In this document: in pieces, positions 55,273 to 62,086 of the stretch
How positions within the stretch are numbered: the first letter of the stretch is position 1
Layout of the letters: each line of letters begins with the position of its first letter
Assembly (NCBI GenBank): GCA_963810915.1
Contig: CAWEPH010000004.1
Span: 216,027-280,026 of the forward strand
Origin: an uncultured Actinomycetes bacterium
GTDB taxonomy: Bacteria; Actinomycetota; UBA4738; HRBIN12
Length of the DNA: 64,000 bases
Reading direction: 5' to 3'
The notes under the pieces: model-generated
Databases searched by the model: none
What the model saw: only the letters and a program-made list of their open reading frames with translations
Told to the model about the DNA's origin: nothing
Translations under genes and position numbers: made by a program

Positions 55273-55949
55273 ACGGGCTCACCGTGCTCGTGACGGTCGA
55301 GACGGTGCTGCTCGTCCTGCTGAGCGTGGTCGTGGTCGGGCTCCTGCGGAGCCACGCCGAGATCCTTCGTCGCCTGCCCGAGGAGGAGGCGCCGGCGGCC
55401 CGCTCCGGACCCCGCTCCGTCGCGCTCGAGGATCGACGCGCCGACGCGCGGCCGTCCGCGGATGCACCGCGCGTCCCCTCGCACCTTCCGGGGCCTCGAG
55501 CGAGGGTTACGCCCGCCTACGACCTGACCGGGCGAAGCCTCGACGGCGCCGCGCTCGTGCTCCCCGTGGCCACGGCCGGCACGCCGACGCTCGTCGCGTT
55601 CCTGTCCAGCGGGTGCCTCACGTGCCGGACGTTCTGGCAAGGCCTGCGCGACGGCGCCCACCTGCCGATGCCGGACGACGCCCGGGTCGTCGCCGTCACG
55701 AAGGACCGGGAGATGGAGAGCCCGTCCCGCCTGCTCGATCTCGCACCTCCGGACGTGCCCGTCGTGATGTCGTCCGACGCGTGGGGGAGCTACGGCGTCA
55801 GCGTGTCCCCCTACTTCGTGATGGTGGGCGCCGACGGCGAGGTCCGAGGCGAGGGGGCCGCCAGCTCGTGGGAGCAGGTGCGATCCCTCCTCGCCGATGC
55901 CGTCGCCGACGAGGCGCTCGCGCGCGCGGAGCAGGAAGGCGCGCGATGA
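55263..55949 (+). CDS. Membrane-anchored thioredoxin-fold protein (TlpA/MauD-like), CxxC
   Basis: N-terminal TM (LTVLVTVETVLLVLLSVVVVGLL). LVAFLSSGCLTCRTFW active site. The start is ATG 55263, or GTG 55269 in a GTGA overlap. Confidence 0.75.
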   Translation: MPVNGLTVLVTVETVLLVLLSVVVVGLLRSHAEILRRLPEEEAPAARSGPRSVALEDRRADARPSADAPRVPSHLPGPRARVTPAYDLTGRSLDGAALVLPVATAGTPTLVAFLSSGCLTCRTFWQGLRDGAHLPMPDDARVVAVTKDREMESPSRLLDLAPPDVPVVMSSDAWGSYGVSVSPYFVMVGADGEVRGEGAASSWEQVRSLLADAVADEALARAEQEGAR

Positions 55950-56029
55950 GCACGTCGCAGGGCGTCTTCCTGGGACTCGCGCTGGGTCTCGCAGTGGCAG
56001 CAGCCGTCCGATCGACCTGGTCGCCCTGA
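55946..56029 (+). CDS. 27-codon hydrophobic micro-ORF, in frame with the next gene across a TGA
   Basis: ATGA overlap with the previous gene. MSTSQGVFLGLALGLAVAAAVRSTWSP followed by TGA. The next ATG (56039) is 3 codons later in the same frame. Confidence 0.35.
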   Translation: MSTSQGVFLGLALGLAVAAAVRSTWSP

Positions 56030-56038
56030 GGGACGTCG

Positions 56039-56632
56039 ATGCTGGGAAGCATCACCCCGCTCGGGCAGCGGGCACGCGGATCCCGGTTCTGGCCGACGGC
56101 CACGGCCTACATGGTGGCGTCCGCGTTCGCCGGAGCGGCGGTCGGCGTCGCGCTCGGGTCTCTCGGCGCGCCGCTGTTCGGATCGCTCTCGTGGACGGCG
56201 CGCGTCGCGATCCTGGGCTCCGGAGCGCTCGTGGGGGTCGCGTTCGATCTCGGCATCGCGGGGCTGCGACTGCCGACCGTCCACCGCCAGGTGAACGAGG
56301 AGTGGATGCAGCGCTACCGAGGGCCCGTGTTCGGTGCGGGGTTCGGGTTCCAGCTGGGCGCCGGTGTGGTGACGATCGTCACCACCTCGGCGATCTACGC
56401 CACGCTCCTGGCCGAGACCCTCGCGGGGAGCGTGGTCCCGGCCGCCGTCATCGGGCTCGTGTTCGGCACGGCGCGCGCACTCCCGATCCTCGTCGTCTCG
56501 CGGGTGCGCGAGCCCCGCCAGCTCGGACGCGTGCAGGGTGCGTTGCAGCGCTGGGGCCGTCCGGTGCGCAACGGCGTCCTGTGGGCGCAGTCGGGCCTCG
56601 CCGTGGCGGCGGCGGTGGTGGTGCTGCGATGA
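56039..56632 (+). CDS. Polytopic membrane protein (unknown family, no Cys)
   Basis: 197 aa with 5-6 helices and a GFGFQLGAGVVT motif. It may be the C-terminal part of a 228-residue protein that starts at 55946. Confidence 0.65.
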   Translation: MLGSITPLGQRARGSRFWPTATAYMVASAFAGAAVGVALGSLGAPLFGSLSWTARVAILGSGALVGVAFDLGIAGLRLPTVHRQVNEEWMQRYRGPVFGAGFGFQLGAGVVTIVTTSAIYATLLAETLAGSVVPAAVIGLVFGTARALPILVVSRVREPRQLGRVQGALQRWGRPVRNGVLWAQSGLAVAAAVVVLR

Positions 56633-57087
56633 CGATCCTGGCCGACCAGGGCCTCTCCGTGGACGTGCCACCGGGCTGGGAGGGACGGATCTTCACCCCG
56701 GAGCTGCCGCCGCCGGCCCAGAACCACCCGGTGCTCCATCTCGCCGACGTGCGCCTCCCGCTGGAACGCAGCTCCTACGTCGAATCCACGACGACCCTGC
56801 ACCGCGCCCGCGGCGGCCTCGTGTGCTCCCTCGTCAGCTTCGGCCCGGATCTCGCGGACGTCGGGCTCTACGCCCCGCAGGGCGTGCCCCGGATCCATCT
56901 TCATGACCTCGACCCGCGCGCGTTGCAGGTTCCCGCGCACGACCAGGCGGGCGTCCAACGGTTCTTCTCGGTCGCCGGCGTCGCGTTCAGCCTGTACGCG
57001 GTGGCCTCGGTCGATCTCCACACCGCGGCGCGCCTGCGTGCCATGAACCGTGCACTCGCGTCGTTGCAGGTGGAGGGCGCCTCGTGA
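56629..57087 (+). CDS. Hypothetical soluble protein
   Basis: ATGA overlap with the previous gene. 152 aa with no signal peptide. Confidence 0.6.
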   Translation: MTILADQGLSVDVPPGWEGRIFTPELPPPAQNHPVLHLADVRLPLERSSYVESTTTLHRARGGLVCSLVSFGPDLADVGLYAPQGVPRIHLHDLDPRALQVPAHDQAGVQRFFSVAGVAFSLYAVASVDLHTAARLRAMNRALASLQVEGAS

Positions 57088-57665
57088 CCTGGCTCCCGTG
57101 GGTCCTCGTCCTCGCGCTCGCCGTCGCCGTCGGCTTGCTGCTGCTCGCGCTCCGCGGCGCGGACCAGACGATCGCCGAGCTCCGTGCAGACGCCGGCGTC
57201 GATGACGTCGCCCATCTCTCATCGGGGATCCCGGCGGGGAGCCGGGCGCCGTGGTTCGATGCGGGGGCGGCCGAGGGCGGGCGGTTCGACGCGAAGGAGC
57301 TGGCGGGGCTCCGGCACCTGATCCTGTTCGCCGATCCCGGGTGCCTGTCGTGTGCCGAGCTCGTGCCCCAGGTGCTGGCCGCCGCGGCGCAGCGCGTCCT
57401 GCCCAACGTCGTGGTGGTGAGCCAGGGCCCCCCGGGAGCGCAACCGGAGGCCTGGATCGGGGCCGAGCGCTCGCGACTGGTGATCGAGGAGGGGACCACC
57501 GTGTCCGATGCCTTCGCCGTCGACGTGACGCCGACGGCGTTCGTCATCGACGAGGGTGGGTGGGTCGTGGCCGGCGGCCCGGTCCGCTCGGCCGGGGAGG
57601 TCATCGACCTCGCGTCCGATGCCGAAGGCGTGCGGATCGTCGGGGAGGCCGTCGGCGATGGATGA
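57084..57665 (+). CDS. Membrane-anchored thioredoxin-fold protein (second copy), CxxC
   Basis: GTGA overlap. TM WLPWVLVLALAVAVGLLLLAL. ILFADPGCLSCAEL active site. Confidence 0.75.
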   Translation: MTWLPWVLVLALAVAVGLLLLALRGADQTIAELRADAGVDDVAHLSSGIPAGSRAPWFDAGAAEGGRFDAKELAGLRHLILFADPGCLSCAELVPQVLAAAAQRVLPNVVVVSQGPPGAQPEAWIGAERSRLVIEEGTTVSDAFAVDVTPTAFVIDEGGWVVAGGPVRSAGEVIDLASDAEGVRIVGEAVGDG

Positions 57666-57942
57666 GCGCGACGGACCCCAGCATGTGCTCACCCGCCGAT
57701 CGTTCGTGACGAGAGCCTCCCTCGCCGCGTTCGGCGCCTACGCCGTCATCGCGGGGTCGGATGCCTCCCGGGCGGTCGCGCGCCCGGTTCCGGACCCTTG
57801 CAAGGTGGGGTGCGAACCCATCAGCCGCACGGGGTGTGCGTGCGGCGGGAACCTCTATCGATGTGAAGGATGCGGTCGCTCGTATCACGCCTGCATCGAG
57901 GGTCGCGCCTATCGCGGCTTCTGTCTGCGGCGGAAGTGCTGA
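57658..57942 (+). CDS. Small Tat-signal Cys-rich secreted protein (9 Cys in about 50 aa)
   Basis: 8 nt overlap (ATGGATGA). TRRSFVTRASLAAFGAYAV is a Tat signal. The mature part is PCKVGCEPISRTGCACGGNLYRCEGCGRSYHACIEGRAYRGFCLRRKC. Confidence 0.65.
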   Translation: MDERDGPQHVLTRRSFVTRASLAAFGAYAVIAGSDASRAVARPVPDPCKVGCEPISRTGCACGGNLYRCEGCGRSYHACIEGRAYRGFCLRRKC

Positions 57943-57948
57943 TCTACC

Positions 57949-59244
57949 TCAGCCCTGGCCTGAGCGCGAGCGCAGACCGTAGTCGAGGAAGGACGGGTCG
58001 CGGGCGTTCCAGATCACGACCCGCGTCGTCGCGTCCGTCATGGCGAGCGACGGCGACTCGTTCACCGGGGGCCCGGCGTTCGCCGGGTTCAGCCGGACGG
58101 GAGAGGTCCACGACCCGCCGTGATCGGAGGAGATCGTGGCGAACACGTCGATCCGCGCGCCGCGTCGGGTGGAAGCGCAAGGATCGGTGAGGGCGCTCAC
58201 CCGACACGCTCCGAAGACGAGGGTGAGGTCCCCGTTGCCGGAGGGCTGCACCGCGGGGCCGTAGGCGCCCGCGTAGCTCACCCCGCCGAGGCTCGTCGGC
58301 CACGGGCCGCTCAGCACCTCGCGTTCGCCCCCGAACGACGACCCGTCGAACGTGCGCACGGCGAGCCCCGCGTCGGTCGAGTAGGCCACCACGACGTCGT
58401 TGGAGATGCCGTCGGTGGCGCCACGGGCATTCGCGTAGTGGAAGCCGTCGTTGGGGCTGGGCGTGGTGAGGGTGTCGGGGCTGATGCCCGCGAGGTCCCC
58501 GCCTCCCGTGCTCGATCCCTTCGCCACCTGGGTGCCGGCGTCGTCCGCGAACCACGTCACCACCACGTTCGTGCCGCTCGCGCCGACGACCGGATAGCCC
58601 GCGAACCCCTCCGCTCCGGTCGGGCGCGCGGTGGTCGTGCCGATCGTGGCGATGCTCCAGTGGGCCCCCGCGTCCGTGCTCGAGGCGAAGCGGATCGCAC
58701 CCGTGTCCGCCGCGGTCCAGACGGCATACGCGGTCGATCCGGTCATCGCGATGGTCGGGTAGTCGACGCGGGACCGCTTCGGCGAGAGGCGGATCGGCGC
58801 GGACCATCGGCGGCCCGCATCGATGCTGCGGCGCACGTAGAAGACCCTCGGCGCCCGCGGACGGTACCGCCGATACGACGTCTGCGTGACCCACCCGGCC
58901 AGGACGCGCGCGCCGGAGGCGGCGACGGTGGCCCGCTCGGCCTGGGCGCGACGTTGCGAGATGCGCACGGGCTTGGCCCATCCGCCCGCGTGATGGCGCT
59001 GGGCGAAGACGCCCATGTACGGACCCTTGTCTCGCGCGCAGCGTCCTTTGGGGGGAGGGCAATCGCTCGACCAGACCATCACGAGGCCTCTCGACGTGCC
59101 GACCAGGGCGTTGCCGGGGTTCCATATCGAGGGAGGCCCCACCGTGCGCGTCGACCCCCAGGTGACGGCCGCCCGTGCGGGCGCCGCGGCCGACATGAGG
59201 AGCGCGAGGGCGACGGGCACGACGAGGCGCAGGCGGGCGATCAT
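57949..59244 (-). CDS. Secreted BNR/Asp-box (sialidase-like) beta-propeller protein
   Basis: Signal peptide. Asp-boxes SIDAGRRWS, STDAGAHWS and SSDHGGSWT. Confidence 0.8.
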   Translation of the reverse strand: MIARLRLVVPVALALLMSAAAPARAAVTWGSTRTVGPPSIWNPGNALVGTSRGLVMVWSSDCPPPKGRCARDKGPYMGVFAQRHHAGGWAKPVRISQRRAQAERATVAASGARVLAGWVTQTSYRRYRPRAPRVFYVRRSIDAGRRWSAPIRLSPKRSRVDYPTIAMTGSTAYAVWTAADTGAIRFASSTDAGAHWSIATIGTTTARPTGAEGFAGYPVVGASGTNVVVTWFADDAGTQVAKGSSTGGGDLAGISPDTLTTPSPNDGFHYANARGATDGISNDVVVAYSTDAGLAVRTFDGSSFGGEREVLSGPWPTSLGGVSYAGAYGPAVQPSGNGDLTLVFGACRVSALTDPCASTRRGARIDVFATISSDHGGSWTSPVRLNPANAGPPVNESPSLAMTDATTRVVIWNARDPSFLDYGLRSRSGQG

Positions 59245-59426
59245 GGACCCAGATAGTAGCGGGACCCCACGGCGCGGCCTCGCCCGAGGCGCCGGTGCCC
59301 GCCGTCACACAACCACCACGGGCCGCTGGTCGTTCCGTCGCGTGCGGTTATCCCGCGCTTATCTAGCGTGGACGAACAATGGGGTGAGCAGATCCCGACG
59401 GGATCGCTCGACGGAAGGGACGAGAC

Positions 59427-59612
59427 ATGAAGCGCACCTCAGCGATGATCATCTCGGCAGGCCTGGTCTTCGCGCTGGTCGCGGGGACCATCACGAGGGT
59501 CGTCACGCTGCGCCAGACCGCGGCGACGGCGGCCCCGGTGCGGATCGTGGTCCAGACGGCCGCGCCGCAGGTCGCGCCCGTCACCGCCTCGACGTTCACG
59601 GAGAGGGACTGA
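59427..59612 (+). CDS. Small membrane-anchored protein (pair B, gene 1)
   Basis: GGAAGGGA lies upstream. MKRTSAMIISAGLVFALVAG parallels the N-terminus of the gene at 51451. Confidence 0.5.
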   Translation: MKRTSAMIISAGLVFALVAGTITRVVTLRQTAATAAPVRIVVQTAAPQVAPVTASTFTERD

Positions 59613-59617
59613 TCGCG

Positions 59618-59920
59618 ATGGAAGCCAAGAAGAAGCGGTTCAGCAAACCGGCCCTGCGCGCGCTGGCATGGGCGTCGGGCGCCGTCGCGTTCGGCCTGCC
59701 GTGGGCCGTTTTCCAGCTTGCTCCCTCCGCGACCACGGGCGCTCAGGCCCCCCCGGCCCAACAGGTGGTGGTCGTCCCCGCCGGCAGCCGGGTCGTCCTC
59801 GTCAAGGCCCCGAACGGCACCACCGGCGTCAAGGTGCTGAAGACGAAGGGCGGCTCGATCGCTGCGCCCACCACCGCGGCTCCGGTGACCACGACGGGCG
59901 GCTCTGCACCCCCTCCCTAA
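59618..59920 (+). CDS. Membrane-anchored protein (pair B, gene 2)
   Basis: GAGAGGGA lies upstream. LRALAWASGAVAFGLPWAVFQLAP, ending in TTTGGSAPPP. This parallels the gene at 51863. Confidence 0.5.
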   Translation: MEAKKKRFSKPALRALAWASGAVAFGLPWAVFQLAPSATTGAQAPPAQQVVVVPAGSRVVLVKAPNGTTGVKVLKTKGGSIAAPTTAAPVTTTGGSAPPP

Positions 59921-59950
59921 CGCCGGCCTCATCCGGGATACCCCGAGCCG

Positions 59951-59973
59951 AGGGCCCGGCGCGTCCGGGCCCT
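59951..59973 (+). terminator. Hairpin after pair B
   Basis: AGGGCCCGG-cgcgt-CCGGGCCCT (9 bp stem). Confidence 0.4.
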
Positions 59974-60140
59974 TCGGCCTCATCCGAGGGCGGGGCGCGA
60001 GCGCGACGCTGGGAGTGAGGTTCCAGCGCTCCCGGGCCGGAACGCCCCGGCCGACGAGGAGACGGGAGGCTCCATGCGGGGGGGCGCCGCTTCCTGAACG
60101 GACACGCAGGTGCTACCTGCTGATCTGAAGGGAGCACATC

Positions 60141-60848
60141 ATGAAGAAGTTCGTCACCGCCCTGGCGGCGTTCGCGCTGCTGGCGGCCCTGGGAGGCGCC
60201 GCGATCCCGGCCAGCTCGCACCAGGCGACACCCAAGCTCAAGCTGGTCGCCTCGGGGAACGCCGAGATCGGCTGGGCGATCGGGCCGGACTCTCCGCTCG
60301 ACAAGGGGCGGTCGGCCCTGAACATGGCCATCAACGGCCCGACAGACGGCATCAACTACACCAACGCCTACAACAACAAGTGGCTGACCAAGGATGACGG
60401 CGGACTCACGAAGGTCCCGATCGGGTCCATCCGCAACCTGTCGTTCGACTTCCTGAACACGGCTGGTGGCGGCTACGTGGCAGGCGGTGCCCCCCGCATC
60501 AGCATCGTCTTCACGAACGGCCCCACGGCGTTCCTGCAGGCCGGGGACTGCGACAACGTCATCTCCGGTAGCGGTGGCACGTGGAGCCGCGCCGACTTCA
60601 CCGGTCAGACGGCCATCGGGTGCAGGATCTATTCGGCTGGCCAGTACTACGCCTCCGACGGGACCCACTCCGCCTGGTACACCTTCGTCGCCGCCCACCC
60701 CGGGCTGTACGCGGACTACGGCGTCGTCGTGCAGGACGAGAGCGACTCGGGCCCCATGCGCGCCCGGATCGATCGCATCGCCATGCGGAACTACATGCAG
60801 GAGAGCGCGACCCGCGTCGTGAAGTGCCCGCTCGAGAGCAGCTGCTGA
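60141..60848 (+). CDS. Secreted hypothetical protein
   Basis: GAAGGGAG lies upstream. Signal peptide MKKFVTALAAFALLAALGGAAIPASS. 235 aa, with two Cys pairs. Confidence 0.7.
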   Translation: MKKFVTALAAFALLAALGGAAIPASSHQATPKLKLVASGNAEIGWAIGPDSPLDKGRSALNMAINGPTDGINYTNAYNNKWLTKDDGGLTKVPIGSIRNLSFDFLNTAGGGYVAGGAPRISIVFTNGPTAFLQAGDCDNVISGSGGTWSRADFTGQTAIGCRIYSAGQYYASDGTHSAWYTFVAAHPGLYADYGVVVQDESDSGPMRARIDRIAMRNYMQESATRVVKCPLESSC

Positions 60849-60864
60849 GACAGCCGCTCGTCAG

Positions 60865-60900
60865 GATCGAACGGCCCGGAGACCTCCGGGCCGTTCGATC
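60865..60900 (+). terminator. Strong intrinsic-terminator-like hairpin
   Basis: GATCGAACGGCCCGGA-gacc-TCCGGGCCGTTCGATC (16 bp perfect stem). Confidence 0.65.
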
Positions 60901-60930
60901 GTCTCTGGGCTCGGGTCCGGTCATCGGGAC

Positions 60931-60936
60931 TAGGCT
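60931..60936 (+). promoter_or_regulatory. -10-like hexamer TAGGCT, 6 nt before ATG 60943 (leaderless candidate)
   Basis: TANNNT box directly upstream of the start codon. Confidence 0.35.
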
Positions 60937-60942
60937 GCACCG

Positions 60943-62022
60943 ATGGAGACCGACGAAGAACGGATCGCCCTCTTCCTGGACTACGAGAACCTCGCGATCG
61001 GGGCGCGGGATCATCTGAGCGGAGCCCAGTTCGACCTGCGCCCCGTGCTGGACGCGCTCGCCGAGCGCGGGCGGGTGATCGCCCGGAAGGCCTACGCGGA
61101 CTGGTCCTACTTCGACGAGGATCGCCGGCGGCTCACGCGCAGCCACGTCGAGTTGATCGAGATCCCGCAGCGCATGGGGGCCTCGCGCAAGAACGCGGCG
61201 GACATCAAGCTCTCCGTCGATGCGCTCGAGATGGCGTTCGAGCGCGACTACGTCACCACCTTCGTGATCTGCACGGGCGACAGCGACTTCACCCCGCTCG
61301 TGCACAAGCTGCGCGAGCTGAACAAGCGCGTGATCGGGGTGGGCATCAAGGACTCGACCTCCGCGCTGCTCCCACCCGCCTGCGACGAGTTCCTGTTCTA
61401 CGAGACCCTCGAGGGCGTGGACGTGCAGGCCCGGACCCGCCCGCGCAGGGGCGGGCGCTCGCAACGACCGGCGGCGGTGGAGCCCGAGCCGCCCGAGCCC
61501 GATGAGGAGGAAGACGAGGCCGCGGGCCCCGCCAACATCGACGAGCTCGCGATCGCGATCGCGCAGACCCTCGCGGGGCTCCAGCGCTCCTCGGGCGGGG
61601 CCGTGCGGGCCTCCTCCATCAAGCGGGCGCTGCTGCGCAAGGACCCCACCTTCAGCGAGGACGACTACGGCTTCCGCGCGTTCGGCGAGTTGCTCCGTCA
61701 CCTGGCGGAGCGCAACGTCGTGGAGCTCAGCGAGGGGGCCGCCAACGGCGACCCCGAGGTGTCGCTCCCGTCCCACGGCGGGGACGCCGAGGCGTTCGCG
61801 CTCCTCGTGCAGGTCGTCAGGGATCTCCAGGCGCGTGGCGGCCCGCCGCATCTGTCGGGGCTCAAGAACCAGGTGCGCAAGGTCCAGCCCGACTTCAGCG
61901 AGAAGAAGTTCGGGTACCGCGGGTTCCTGCAGTTCTGCAAGGCCGCGGAGACGAGGGGCTTGATCGCGCTCCGCTGGGATCCCGAGGACGAGGACTACGA
62001 GGTGAGCGTCCCCGAGGTGTGA
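60943..62022 (+). CDS. NYN (LabA/DUF88) nuclease-domain protein with two OST-HTH/LOTUS-like domains
   Basis: IALFLDYENL...ADIKLSVDA...FVICTGDSDFTPLVHKLRE is the NYN core. An acidic linker follows, then two helical modules with GF(R/Y)..F..L..., typical of OST-HTH. Confidence 0.8.
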   Translation: METDEERIALFLDYENLAIGARDHLSGAQFDLRPVLDALAERGRVIARKAYADWSYFDEDRRRLTRSHVELIEIPQRMGASRKNAADIKLSVDALEMAFERDYVTTFVICTGDSDFTPLVHKLRELNKRVIGVGIKDSTSALLPPACDEFLFYETLEGVDVQARTRPRRGGRSQRPAAVEPEPPEPDEEEDEAAGPANIDELAIAIAQTLAGLQRSSGGAVRASSIKRALLRKDPTFSEDDYGFRAFGELLRHLAERNVVELSEGAANGDPEVSLPSHGGDAEAFALLVQVVRDLQARGGPPHLSGLKNQVRKVQPDFSEKKFGYRGFLQFCKAAETRGLIALRWDPEDEDYEVSVPEV

Positions 62023-62086
62023 ACGCCGGTTCCCTCCCGCGCGTCGGCCCGGGGTAGGCTCCGGCGGTCCGCACGAAAGGGGAGCG

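Noticed and set aside
59924-59986. 12-nt direct repeat CGGCCTCATCCG on both sides of the 59951-59973 hairpin, considered as an att-like or REP-like element.
   Set aside because: It is too short, occurs only once in the window, and has no associated integrase or transposase. It is treated as part of a terminator region.
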